From Octopus sinensis (taxonomy: Eukaryota): 64,000 bases of DNA. Shown here in pieces: positions 38,495 to 51,985 of the stretch. The stretch spans positions 119,784,001-119,848,000 of the forward strand of contig NC_043002.1 in the NCBI RefSeq assembly GCF_006345805.1, read 5' to 3'. How positions within the stretch are numbered: the stretch's first letter is position 1; the number at the start of each line of letters is the position of its first letter. The position numbers and the translations under genes are program-made. The notes under the pieces were generated by a model that was given only the letters and a program-made list of their open reading frames with translations, was not told the origin of the DNA and ran no database searches.

Positions 38495-38562
<68 letters not shown>

Positions 38563-38649
38563 AATAATAATTATTTGATGGAATATTATTCCTAATATAC
38601 AGGGAAAAATTCAATTTAGAAATACTAAATCAAGTTTCAAAAAATATAA

Positions 38650-38955
38650 TGTATATATATATAAAAATTAGAAAAAAACCCACCTTTTATCAATTCAAAA
38701 TGAACAATTAAATTACATCATTTAGAAAATTACATATAATAGAAATATTAAAATTAAAATAACAATAATATACCGATGATTAAGTAAATTTGACAAATAT
38801 ATACGTTTTTATTATTATTTTGCAATTTAATTAATCATTGGTATATTATTGTTATTTTAATTTTAATATTTTTATTATATGTAATTTTCTAGATGGTGTA
38901 ATTTAATTGTTCATTTTGAATTGATAAAAGGTGTTTTTTTTCTAATTTTTATATA
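38650..38955. mobile_element. AT-rich fold-back (MITE-like) element with ~130-bp arms; duplicate at ~40070-40375
   Basis: Seen: AAAAATTAGAAAAAAACCCACCTTTTATCAATTCAAAATGAACAATTAAATTAC... pairs with ...GTAATTTAATTGTTCATTTTGAATTGATAAAAGGTG...CTAATTTTT. Confidence 0.75.
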
Positions 38956-38963
38956 TATGTATG

Positions 38964-39010
<47 letters not shown>

Positions 39011-39043
39011 CATACATAAATGGGTACAGGACGTCACCACCGG

Positions 39044-39397
39044 TGCAAATAACATGAAATACGTAAACAAACGAGGAAAAAGGGAGTAAAATAAGTGAAC
39101 ACGAGAAAAAAATGGAAAACAGGACAACTTAACACAGAAAAAGGGCCCTTCGTCAGTTGTCAGCTATCTATCTACTTCTCATTTCCAACATTGAACGATA
39201 ATATGATTCATTGACCCACCAAAATACTAAATTTTATTTTAAAATTTATGGGAGCAATTGTCATTGAAGATTCATATTTTCATCGAATGCTCGAAATGAG
39301 GAGTTGATAGACAGCCGACAACTGATGAAGGGTCTTTCTCCTGTGTGAACTGTTTTACATTTTTTTCTCGTTGTTTACATATTTCATGTTATATGCA
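39044..39397. mobile_element. Inverted-repeat element with imperfect arms; duplicate at ~40447-40800
   Basis: Seen: AGGGCCCTTCGTCAGTTGTCAGCTATCTATC pairs with GATAGACAGCCGACAACTGATGAAGGGTCT; outer arms TGCAAATAACATGAAATAC and TATTTCATGTTATATGCA. Confidence 0.7.
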
Positions 39398-39828
39398 CGT
39401 ATATATATGTACATATATCCATAGGCGCAGGAGTGGCTGTTTGGTAAGTAGCTTGCTAACCAACCACATGGTTCCGGGTTCAGTCCCACTGCGTGGCATC
39501 TTGGGCAAGTGTCTTCTGCTATAGCCCCGGGCCGACCAATGCCTTGCGAGTGGATTTGGTAGACGGAAACTGAAAGAAGCCTGTCGTATATATGTATATA
39601 TATATATAAGTGTGTGAATATGTTTGTGTCTGTGTTTGTTCCCCTAGCATTGCTTGACAACCGATGCTGGTGTGTTTACGTCCCCGTCACCTAGCGGTTC
39701 GGCAAAAGAGACCGATAGAATAAGTACTGGGCTTACAAAGAATAAGTCCCGGGGTCGAGTTGCTCGACTAAAGGCGGTGCTCCAGCATGGCCGCAGTCAA
39801 ATGACTGAAACAAGTAAAAAGAGTATAT

Positions 39829-39947
<119 letters not shown>

Positions 39948-39948
39948 G

Positions 39949-39980
<32 letters not shown>

Positions 39981-40381
39981 AATAATAATTATTTGATGGA
40001 ATATTATTCCTAATATACAGGGAAAAATTCAATTTAGAAATACTAAATCAAGTTTCAAAAAATATAATGTATATATATATAAAAATTAGAAAAAAACCCA
40101 CCTTTTATCAATTCAAAATGAACAATTAAATTACATCATTTAGAAAATTACATATAATAGAAATATTAAAATTAAAATAACAATAATATACCGATGATTA
40201 AGTAAATTTGACAAATATATACGTTTTTATTATTATTTTGCAATTTAATTAATCATTGGTATATTATTGTTATTTTAATTTTAATATTTTTATTATATGT
40301 AATTTTCTAGATGGTGTAATTTAATTGTTCATTTTGAATTGATAAAAGGTGTTTTTTTTCTAATTTTTATATATATGTATG

Positions 40382-40417
<36 letters not shown>

Positions 40418-41220
40418 CATAAATGGGTACAGGACGTCACCACCGGTGCAAATAACATGAAATACGTAAACAAACGAGGAAAAAGGGAGTAAAATAAGTG
40501 AACACGAGAAAAAAATGGAAAACAGGACAACTTAACACAGAAAAAGGGCCCTTCGTCAGTTGTCAGCTATCTATCTACTTCTCATTTCCAACATTGAACG
40601 ATAATATGATTCATTGACCCACCAAAATACTAAATTTTATTTTAAAATTTATGGGAGCAATTGTCATTGAAGATTCATATTTTCATCGAATGCTCGAAAT
40701 GAGGAGTTGATAGACAGCCGACAACTGATGAAGGGTCTTTCTCCTGTGTGAACTGTTTTACATTTTTTTCTCGTTGTTTACATATTTCATGTTATATGCA
40801 CGTATATATATGTACATATATCCATAGGCGCAGGAGTGGCTGTTTGGTAAGTAGCTTGCTAACCAACCACATGGCTCCGGGTTCAGTCCCACTGCGTGGC
40901 ATCTTGGGCAAGTGTCTTCTGCTATAGCCCCGGGCCGACCAATGCCTTGTGAGTGGATTTGGTAGACGGAAACTGAAAGAAGCCTGTCGTATATATGTAT
41001 ATATATATATAAGTGTGTGAATATGTTTGTGTGTCTGTGTTTGTTCCCCTAGCATTGCTTGACAACCGATGCTGGTGTGTTTACGTCCCCGTCACTTAGC
41101 GGTTCGGCAAAAGAGACCGATAGAATAAGTACTGGGCTTACAAAGAATAAGTCCCGGGGTCGAGTTGCTCAACTAAAGGCGGTGCTCCAGCATGGCCGCA
41201 GTCAAATGACTGAAAAAAGA

Positions 41221-41288
<68 letters not shown>

Positions 41289-41899
41289 ATATACATATAT
41301 ATATAATCATATCAAAATGTACATTTCCAGTGGTCTAACGTGCAAAAAAAATTAGTCAAGAAGACTATATATTAGTCATACGATATAGTGCATATTTATA
41401 CACATAAGGAATCCACTTAACGTGAATTCAACACATTAGAAAGAACAGCTAGGTTCTGTAAACCACAAAAATAACGGATAAAATTCGACAGGAATAGATT
41501 TGGAAATGAAAAACATTTACCATCTTGATATGATTAAATACTATAAGTTTTGAAAACTCGATAAATCTCAGTTGGTCTCGACTATTGTGAGCTCAGTCGG
41601 GCGTTTGAATAGAAATTCCTAGCTTTTGCCTTTTTTGTCCGATTTTACTGAAAATCGATGAGTGCGAGAGGCTCATGGCAGTGAGTTGATATGAATATAT
41701 TCCGTAGACAAAAAATCGATAAACACGCCTGACTAGTGGTTTTATATAATCAACAGGCTTTTTGCGTGCAAATACCCATAGGGATTTCATTTGTACCCGT
41801 AACTATTATATAATGGTGACATTACCTTAAAACTTTTCTTCGTATATTGTTGACATTGGACATGCGCATCAATTTTGTACAGAGGGTGGCATTAAGGGG

Positions 41900-42148
41900 A
41901 GAGAAATAAACAAACATCACTCTTAACGGGTCGATGTAGTCCCAAAAGTTTGGCTGCGATTTCAGACGGTCCAGTATGCAGGTGTAAGTCGAAAGTGTTA
42001 ATCGGATAAAATCCTTGCCGAACCAGACCTAACATCTTAATGGGTAATACTTGGCACGGGGAACGTAGAAGATGTCATTACTAGGTCAGATGTGGGCTTG
42101 ACTTCAACACGGAATACGCGAGCAACGCCGAGTCCAACAGCTAGTATA
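41900..42148 (-). mobile_element. HINE-type fragment
   Basis: Seen: reverse complement reads TACTAGCTGTTGGACTCGGCGTTGCTCGC, paralleling the HINE 5' terminus. Confidence 0.5.
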
Positions 42149-42237
42149 TAAATATGTGTGGTGTGTGTGTGTGTGTGTGTGTTTGTGCTTGTGTGTGTTT
42201 ATGTGTGTGTGTGTGTGTATGTTTGTGTGTGTATAAT

Positions 42238-42410
42238 CTTTTACTATTTTATTCTTTTACTTGTTTCAATCATTTGAGTGAGGCCATGTGGTGCACCGCC
42301 TTTAGTCGAACAAATCGACCCTGAGACTTATTCTTCGTAAGCCTAGTACTTATTCTATCGGTCTCTTTGGCCGAACGGGTAAGTTGCGGAGACATAAACA
42401 CAGACACACA
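42238..42410 (-). mobile_element. SINE family A, 3' half
   Basis: Seen: partial match, running into (CATA)n at 42411-42540. Confidence 0.8.
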
Positions 42411-42545
42411 TACGTACATACATACATACATACATACATACATACATACATACATACATACATACATACATACATACATACATACATACATACATACATA
42501 CATACATACATACATACATACATACATACATACATGCATGCATAT

Positions 42546-42589
<44 letters not shown>

Positions 42590-42600
42590 GCCTTTTTAGT

Positions 42601-42803
42601 ATGTTGACCTCGTGAAGACCACTTGCATTTTTTCCCTATGTCCTCCCACCTCGGGATCTTTCTTTCTCCTATGTTTCCGACGAAGAGCTCCGCTAGAAAC
42701 GTCATACCCTCCTTCTTCCCTTTTTTCCTGAGCGCCTAATAATACTTTAATTGTTCCACCTCCTCGCGTTGTTGTCTATTTTGTTTTCTTGTTTGGATTA
42801 ACT
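42601..42803 (+). mobile_element. Short (TA)n-flanked element with HHR-like motif (family H2); probable PLE pLTR derivative
   Basis: Seen: GTTT CCGACGA A GAGC TCC GCTA GAAA CGT C at 42673-42703. Homologous copies at 51473-51677 and 51984-52092 (minus strand). Confidence 0.65.
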
Positions 42804-42812
42804 TTATATATA

Positions 42813-42869
<57 letters not shown>

Positions 42870-43140
42870 CAACAAACTTCCAGCTCCGTAAAAGTAATGG
42901 CTGTCTGATGCGGGAGTAAGAAGAGACGAGAGTATGAGAGGAAACAGGAAAGAAAGGAAAGGAATAATATTGACTTATTTCAACCCAATAAATAATTCCT
43001 CTTGTTTTATAGCTGAGTGTTATCTTGTGATATAAAAATAATTTGTGGGGATTGTAAAATATGGAGCGTTTAGTCCAGTGATGTAGGACTTCCTGTTCGA
43101 TAAAAAACAAAAAGAAACACTTGCTGAGATACTCTTTCTT

Positions 43141-43558
43141 CTCTTTCTTCTCTTTTACTTATTTCAGTCATTTGACTGTGGCCATGCTGGAGCACCGCCT
43201 GTAATCGAGCAAATCGATCCCAGGACTTATTCTTTTGTAGGCCTAATACGTATTCTATCGGTCTCTTTTTGCCGAAACCGCTAAGTTACGTGGACGTAAA
43301 CACACCAGGATCGGTTGTCAAGCTATGTTGGGGGACAAACACGGACACACAAGCATATGCACACAAACACACACACACATACACACATAAATATATACAT
43401 ATATACGACGGTTTCCGTCTACCAAATCCACTCACAAGGCTTTGGTCGGCCTGAGGCTATAGTAGAAGACACTTGCCCAAGGTGCTACGCAGTGGGACTG
43501 AACCCGAAACCACGTGGCTGGTAAACAAGCTACTTACCACACAGCCACTCCTACACCT
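43141..43558 (-). mobile_element. SINE family A
   Basis: Seen: matches the family consensus. Confidence 0.9.
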
Positions 43559-44150
43559 TACATTTTATGCATACATTTTATGTAATTTTCTGATTTACTT
43601 CGATCTATTAAATATGTGTGTTCTTTCAGATGTAGAAAGCATGGAGTTTTAAACCATCAATGCATGACCTTGCACTCACTACGATGTTCCACATGACGGC
43701 ATGTAATTTATTGGTGACCTACAAAGATATAAGTTTGTAGATTTATACGTTTCCTCATGTCTTCACGATAAAAACAGTACAGGTTACTGGCGTCTCTCTT
43801 TTTGAAGTCACTTTCACAGTCGAATGTATTTCTTAAATTTCACTTCCCTTACTTAGCGGAAGAGAGGTGACCTCGACTTCGTAGGGGACTGTGTTATCTA
43901 TGCATGCCTGCTTCAGAGGGCAAGTATGGGTTGGGTAGCTTTTGAGGCTTAAGTGAAATGAAATAGAACTATGAAAGTCACATGTTTCACCCCTGCTTTT
44001 CTCATTAAATGTTAGGACTAATATAGATAAAAAATTTTCAAGCTTAACTAGAAAAGTTTAGATAGGCAGCCATAGATATAGGATACGCTTGAATAGCCAT
44101 CCCATGCAAGTTTCTTATAACTGATACCCGAAAATAAAAAATATAATTTC

Positions 44151-44181
<31 letters not shown>

Positions 44182-44299
44182 CGTGTCTGTATAAATACAT
44201 ACATATATATGTATACATATATATAATATGTATATATACACACACACACGCATATATGTATGTATGTATATATATATATAAGTAGGTGAATGAATTAAC

Positions 44300-44390
44300 C
44301 TGTTTATCGTCCGCATGGAAAATTCGTTTAACCGAAAGCCGGGTAGCAATTTTGGTTTGTCTTGTTGTCGAGAGAGGCTCCCTTTCTTTC
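44300..44390 (-). CDS. Candidate internal exon (phase 1 to phase 2)
   Basis: Seen: TCTTCTCATCAG acceptor, weak GTTAAT donor, frame GKKGSLSRQQDKPKLLPGFRLNEFSMRTIN. Splices in frame to 38196. Confidence 0.3.
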
Positions 44391-44531
44391 CTGATGAGAA
44401 GATTGCATAATGCACCCTTTATTCCTTTGGAATGAAAATATGCTGTCTTCGAAACATGTGTCGAGAGTAAAGGAATTTTGTTAACATCTTCGTTCGACTC
44501 CATTCTTTCATTTATATATATATATATATAT

Positions 44532-44586
<55 letters not shown>

Positions 44587-45075
44587 GTATATATGTATAC
44601 TTATATATATACAGGGCTTGATTTATGGGGGACGGAGGGGATAATTGCCCCGCGCATAAGAAGGATATGTAGCACACAATACAGGGGCCTCCCATCCCAC
44701 ATCGCAGCAATCAGGCATGCAGCGTCTCTCTTTCAATATACAAAGGTATCTTGACTTCTTAAAAAATGTAATGATTTCCCTTTTAGTATTGCCACCTTTG
44801 ACATACAAAATAATTCAATCAGAAAACAGTTTATAGCCAGTCCGAAAGTACTTATAATTCCCATGAGAATTGTAGCTGCTTTTGGGATGGAAAATGATGC
44901 AACACAACACTCCTGAAAATGTATGTATGTATTTGTGAGTGTATATGAGTTTGTGTGTGTAAGTATAAATGTATATTAAGATTTTAAACTTTTGGCCAAA
45001 TTCCTTCCTTCAATGCATGAATGAACTTGCCTAATAGCGGTTAAAGGCACGCACACACACATACACAAACACACC

Positions 45076-45122
<47 letters not shown>

Positions 45123-45423
45123 TTTTCTACTTCTAAACTTATTTCAGTGAGTCTTTGAAAGCAAATAAGTAAAGAAAACATACTAGAAATTGGAAAAGCA
45201 GACTTTCGGAAATAGCTGTTTGAACTACCCATCATTGTCGGGGTTTCCCCTGTATTTTATTTTATCCATGCATTACAAAACAATGAAGGGCAGCCATTTT
45301 GAAAGAAGAATTTTAAAAATCTGTCTTTTAAATGTTGGTATCCCTACCCCGCCCTCTCCCGGCCCCCTCTCTCTCATACACACTCACACACACATTCATA
45401 CACATAAACTTACACAAACATTT

Positions 45424-45805
45424 GGAAGCACTCCGTCGGTTACGACGATGAGGGTTCCGGTTGATCCGAATCAACGGAACAGTCTGCTCGTGAAATTAAC
45501 GTGTAAGTGGCTGAGCACTCCACAGACACGTGTACCCTCAACGTAGTTCTCGGGGATATTGAGCGTGACACAGAGAATGACAAGGCCGGCCCTTTGAAAA
45601 ACAGGTACAACAGAAACAGGAAGTAAGAGTGAGAGAAAGTTGTGGTGAAAGAGTACAGCAGGGATCACCACCATCCCCTGCCGGAGCCTCGTGGAGCTTT
45701 AGGTGTTTTCGCTCAATAAACACTCACAACGCCCGGTCTGGGAATCGAAACCGCGATCCTATGACCGCGAGTCCGCTGCCCTAACAACTGGGCCATTGCG
45801 CCTCC
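45424..45805 (-). mobile_element. SINE family C, third copy
   Basis: Seen: near-identical to 28111-28494. Confidence 0.92.
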
Positions 45806-45807
45806 AA

Positions 45808-45852
<45 letters not shown>

Positions 45853-46261
45853 CATCATGGCTTTGGAACAGCAACGACTACAAATATGAGTTTTTCTTTT
45901 TTGTAATTTTCTGTCATCTTATCTTATTCGCCATTCTGAAACATGTAACTCACATTACAAGAAGAAAAAGCTTACCCTACTCTTCCCTCCTTCATTGCAC
46001 TTTTCACAATGAAGGAAAAGTCAAGCACCGAAAGTAGGTGTGACAAAAACGAAACTTGGAATTTTGAAAAAGTGCATCTGTAAAGCAACATTTTCAGTCA
46101 TTTATTTAAACTTTCTCTGCTAACTCATCAAATTCATTTATTTGAAATAAATGGGTTTTGATATTTAAACTTGGTAATTTTCAAAAATTTTAATTCTTGT
46201 GTATAAGGGGCTCACCGAATATGAAGTTCCCCCCCCCCACTAGTTTGAATCCAGTCCTGTA

Positions 46262-46893
46262 TACATACATACATACATACATACATACATACATACAAAC
46301 ATACATACAAACATACATACACACATACAAACATACATACATACAAACATACATGCAAACATATATACATACATACGTACATACATACATACATACATAC
46401 AAACATACATACATACATACACACATACATACAAACATGCATACATACATCCATACATCCATACAAACATACATACATACATACAAACATACATACAAAC
46501 ATGCATACATACATCCATACATCCATACAAACATACATACATACATACAAACATACATACATACAAACATACATACATACGTACATACATACATACATAT
46601 ATACAAGCATACATACATACATACATACATACATACATACATGCATGCATACATACATACATACATACATGCTAACATACATACATACATACGTACATAC
46701 ATACATACATACATACAAACATACATACATACATACATACATACATACATACAAACATACATACATACATACAAACATACATACATACATACATACATAC
46801 ATACATACATAAATACATACATAAATACATACATGCAAACATACATACATACATACATACATACATACATACATACATACATACATACATACG
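46262..46893 (+). repeat. ~630-bp (CATA)n array with CAAA/CATC variants
   Basis: Seen directly; includes an internally repeated ~60-bp higher-order unit (46437-46560). Confidence 0.97.
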
Positions 46894-48233
46894 TACAGTG
46901 CAACCGATATCCAATGAATTTCGAAATAGTGATGTAGGTCAGGATTATGATGGCGAGATAAATCTTAATCCTGAGTAGTGCCAACGAAAAGTGCAGAAAA
47001 TAGATGTTAAAAAGGATGTACTTCACAGGCATGTAAAAAAAATAAAGAAGAATTTAAGGGATCGAAATTGTCGAATTATTGATTTGTTAGAAGGATTAAC
47101 GTTGCTTTGAACGAAATGACATGAATAAACTGATTAAATAATCTAATTAGCTTATTAAATATATTGTTGATCGGTCTCAGACATGTAATTCACTCACTGA
47201 TAAAATGAGTTACAGGGCTCGACAAACATAACGTGAGCAAAATTCCAATTTCCTTTTTCTCCTTTTGTTCCCTGTTTTAAAAAAAATGACAATATATTAT
47301 GCTCCTAGATATAGTAAGCACGTTGACCTAATACTGTTTGAATTTCTTATTGGTTAAATATATTATAGAGTAAAGGGTCATTTTTCTGTTGCATGTACGT
47401 ATTATTCAAATAAATAGAAAAGTACTCGATATCTAGTTTGTAAATGATTTTTGACAGGAAAGCTATTTAAAAATTCATTATAATAATGACCGTCTTGGAA
47501 TTTGCAGAAAATATTTAGTCTGATTGCTTTTACAATGAAGTCAATTACCGTTCCTTCTAAAACTGAGCGAAGTTGCATGACTTTGAGTAATCATCATACA
47601 GCTCTTGAGGTGAAAAAAAAACCCAATTTTTTTCTGGATATAAAAGCTAGACTTACAAATGTCAAACCTAATAGGGAACACCCTAAGAGTTCAAATATCT
47701 ACGGATACTGGACGTATTTTAGAGACGGGTATAACCTCGTTAATTTCAACACCTGATCGACACAATGAACATCTTAGCAATAATTGCAAACGAGAGACAA
47801 ATTACATTGAGAATCTGACAGAATAAAATAGACTAAATTCAGTGAAATATTTACTTTATAAATCTAACAAAAAATATCTTGGTAATTGCGTTTAATTGCT
47901 TTTAAGATTAATAGAAATCTCTTGTACGCTACATTCTTACTCGGTAAGTTGTTCAAAGAGAAAGTAGGAATAGAATTTTAGTTGTTGAATTGTAATCTTG
48001 CATTAGTTCCGACAGCAAAGAAATAATAAACATTACAGCGAAATCAGACAGTAAGCAAACCATAAATAAATAAATGTGAGTTTTATCAATGAAGTGATCA
48101 AAGATCTCTTGACGAAGTGTTTAAAAGAATGTGTAAGTGGAATGAATGGGTGTGGAAAATTGTACGTTCATATATCTGTGTATAAAATACCATATATTGC
48201 GATATTCAAATGTGTATATATATATGGATGTAG

Positions 48234-48290
<57 letters not shown>

Positions 48291-48299
48291 ATATATATA

Positions 48300-48365
48300 C
48301 TTTATTTAAAGCAGCAGAAAATAACATGTTACTCTGAGTTTCACGTTGCCGTTCGTCGGACCGGT
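48300..48365 (-). mobile_element. (TA)n-embedded fragment with HHR-like motif (family H1)
   Basis: Seen on the minus strand: GGT CCGACGA ACG GCAA CGT GAAA CT CAG AG TA ACA. Same family as 51695-51955. Confidence 0.65.
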
Positions 48366-48581
48366 ATATATATATATATTTACAGGCGCCCATATACATG
48401 CATTAGCAGCTCGTGAAGAAGAAAGGCATGTCATAACATATATATTAAAGACTTGGTAACAAAATTCAGTAGCTCTCGCTCTGTCATTCCCTCAATTTAC
48501 ATACATGCGTGCGCACCCACACATACACCCACCCACACAAACAGATACATGCATACATACATACATACATACATACATACA

Positions 48582-48613
<32 letters not shown>

Positions 48614-48834
48614 AACAATATATATATATATATATGTCTGTATATATATATATTATATATATATATATATATACATATACACATATGTATATATACATAC
48701 ATACATACATATACATATATATATATATATAATTTTGTTATATATTTAAATAATATAAATTAAATAATCTTATGTATTGGCTTAAGTTTTTCATTGTATG
48801 ATTTGCCTAATAGTGGTTTTGTCTCTAATTTAAT

Positions 48835-48893
<59 letters not shown>

Positions 48894-48954
48894 CGGATAC
48901 AGGAGATCACTAACAGTAAACAACATGAAGCACGAAAATAAATAAGTTAAAACC

Positions 48955-49930
48955 GAGAAAGAGAGGGAAAACGGGACAGTTAATTCAACACGGTGTATTA
49001 TCTTAGACTCCTCACACCATACTATCATATCCGGTTTCTTCCTTGTTGGCATTGGAAATAAGCATTCACACCTTACAAGACCTGTTGCTACCCACCACAC
49101 TCCGTCCAAGTTGTCGTCATTAACTCTTGTTCTGTTTTGAGTAGCCATCTTGACCTTGACGGACAAATGCGATAAACCGTTTACTGACATCCTTCTACAG
49201 TTTCTTGTCACCATTGATTGCTTCCATCTGCTTCTTGACAACACTATAGAATATTTTGAGAACCTCATTGTGACTCCATCCATACTTTCCCAATGCTGTT
49301 GAGTAGTGTGCCAACTTTTCTTCATCTACATTTGCCGTCATTCACTATTTTCCATTTGAACAGATTGCATGGCGATGGTAGTACATCATAGGTAGCTTAA
49401 AGAAGGAAACTCAACCGTGATGTGCTCCACCTCTAAATCTCATCTCAACCCACCTTCCTTTCAATAGCATGTTCTTCTTCCTGGGTCATCTGACCATGAT
49501 GCAAGCATTGAATCAAATACAATTCCCTTTTCTCAGTCTCTCTCGCTTTAATGGTTTAAATATTGCCACTAATCTCCTTCCAGTCACTTTTAATTACTCC
49601 CGCAATATTCGGATGGTCCAGTGATGTTATTAGTTTCTTTATTTTCCCGCCATTTTCGTGCAGCTTTGACCGGGCGGATTTCCCAATATTCCTACGTCTT
49701 TGGTCACCTTCTGCATCATAAACACTCGCACTGTTCCAGTTTTGTAGATCTCAACAATTGATGTTATGGGTAGTTGAAATAACTGTCCGTTCCAATATGG
49801 TGCTGAACTGTTCAAAATAGAACAAGTCAGTTTCTGGTGAAAACACTCTACAAATGCGCAGTGGCGAAGCAATACGGGAATATAGACCAAAATGCAAGCA
49901 CCACGTGTTCTAATTTTGCTGCAATTTTGA
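48955..49930 (-). mobile_element. HERO/NeSL-type RLE LINE remnant
   Basis: Seen: FQLPITSIVEIYK, ATYDVLPSPCNLFKWK, GKYGWSHNEVL and KPDMIVWCEESKIIHRVELTVP (PD..ELTVP restriction-like endonuclease). Multiple stops and frameshifts. Confidence 0.78.
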
Positions 49931-49976
49931 CCTGTCTATGGCTTTCAACCCATCTTTCGTTTGTAGCAACGACTGA

Positions 49977-50211
49977 ATACCTATTTCTTTACTACCCACA
50001 AGCGGCTAAATACAGAGAGCACAAACAACGACAGACAAACGGATAAAGTCGATTATATTGACCCCAGTGCGCAACTTGTACTTATTTAATCGACCCCGAA
50101 AGGATGAAAGGCAAAGTCAACCTCGGCGGAATTTGAACTCAGAACGTAACGGTAGACGAAATACGGCTACGCATTTCACCCGGCGTGCTAACGTTTCTGC
50201 CAGCTCGCCGC
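49977..50211 (-). mobile_element. SINE family B
   Basis: Seen: match to family B. Confidence 0.88.
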
Positions 50212-51402
50212 AACGACTGAATACCGCTACACTTATCCGACAACGAGGTAGCATGGAATTTCACATATACTCGTGCCTGAATGTACTAACGTCTCTCATT
50301 AATTAGTCTGAAGTTACTTTTCATTTGAACATATTTCATATTTTCAGTCCATAGCGTTTTCCATTTATGCACCCGCATTACAAAACAGGTTTGTAAGATT
50401 TATGTGGTGTGTCGACGTCATTTGTTACGATTTAGAATGGGTGTCTCTCTATTGCTAAGTAAACTGTGTCTGAGTTTCATTGTATTTTAATTTAAAACGT
50501 TATTATATCTCTGTGCGACGTAAAAATATTTTCAGACAATTGATAGGAAACTATACTGTTCAACCAATATTGTAGGTTGAAATATTAAGCTTGCCAGATC
50601 AAACAGGGTTGAGATGTGTAAATTATGACTCTTATAAATATTCTGATTACTTTTCTAAGTATAGCACCATTGAATATAAACCTATACATGTACTACGCAT
50701 ATAACTTTAATTCAAATATAGGTGGTCGACAGGCACCATATTCTTGCCTCCTACCATCGCTTGACAACCGATGTTGGTGTGTTTATATCCCCGCAACTTA
50801 GCGGTTCAACAAAATAGGTCCTGGGTTGATTTGTTCGTCTAAAGGCATTGGACTACCATGGCTGTATGTGTATATGTAGATATACATATATACATACATA
50901 CGTAAATTTATACATACATACATACATATATGCAAATATACATACACACATACATACATACATGCATACATGCATACATGCATAAATGCATACATACATG
51001 CATACATACATACACACATACATACATACATACATACATACATACATACATACATACATACATACATACATGCATGCATATATGATAATATACAGCCAAA
51101 GGCTGAAAGCTGAAAATGCTCGGTATAGAAAATACGTACTAGTGCCCAAATGATTTGAACTGAAACTCCGAAATCTTTATCTAGGACTGGATCCACGGAC
51201 TAAAGAGTGGCTATAAGAGAAATCCAGGTTAGCTGAAAAGGTGATGGTGATGGAGACAAGCGGGAATAGGCTTGATGTATATAAATAAACATATATGCAT
51301 ATACACATATACATACACACACGCGCAGACACACACACACGTATATAAATATATATATAAATAAATATATATATAAATATAATATATATATATATAAATA
51401 TG

Positions 51403-51470
<68 letters not shown>

Positions 51471-51472
51471 TA

Positions 51473-51677
51473 GTTAATCCAAACAAGAAAGCACAAAAAA
51501 ACACAACAACACGAGGACGTGGAACGAATATAGTATTATTGGACGCCCAGGAAAGAAGGAAAGAAGGAGGATTTAAAGTTTCGAGCGGAGCTCTTCGTCG
51601 GAAACATAGGAGAAGGAAAGATCCAGAGAAGGGAAGACAGAGGAAAAAAATCGCCAACGGTACACACGAGGTCACAT
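51473..51677 (-). mobile_element. Family H2 element, second copy; partial third copy at 51984-52092
   Basis: Seen: reverse complement of 42601-42803; motif GTTT CCGACGA A GAGC TCC GCTC GAAA CTTT AAAT at 51571-51605. Confidence 0.7.
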
Positions 51678-51694
51678 ACATATATATATATATA

Positions 51695-51882
51695 CTTTAT
51701 TTAAAGCAGCAGAAAATTCAACAAAACCTGTTACTCTGAGTTTCCCGTTGCAGTTCATCGGACAGTTTTTGCTAGAATAGAACCGACATATCGGTTCTAT
51801 TCTAGCAAAAACTGTCCGATGAACTGCAACGGGAAACTCAGAGTAACAGGTTTTGTTGAATTTTCTGCTGCTTTAAATAAAG
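51695..51882. repeat. Perfect palindrome: 92-bp arms, 4-nt loop (CATA), within a family H1 element that extends to ~51955
   Basis: Seen: 51695-51786 is the exact reverse complement of 51791-51882, checked base by base. Confidence 0.97.
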
Positions 51883-51953
51883 CCTGTTACTCTACCACTG
51901 GTATTTGAGTACTCTTTTTTCCACCTTGTTCCACATTTATGTGTTTACTCCGG

Positions 51954-51985
<32 letters not shown>

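Noticed and set aside
47657-47814. Excellent minus-strand acceptor and donor pair
   Set aside because: Stop codons in all three frames; at most a non-coding exon.
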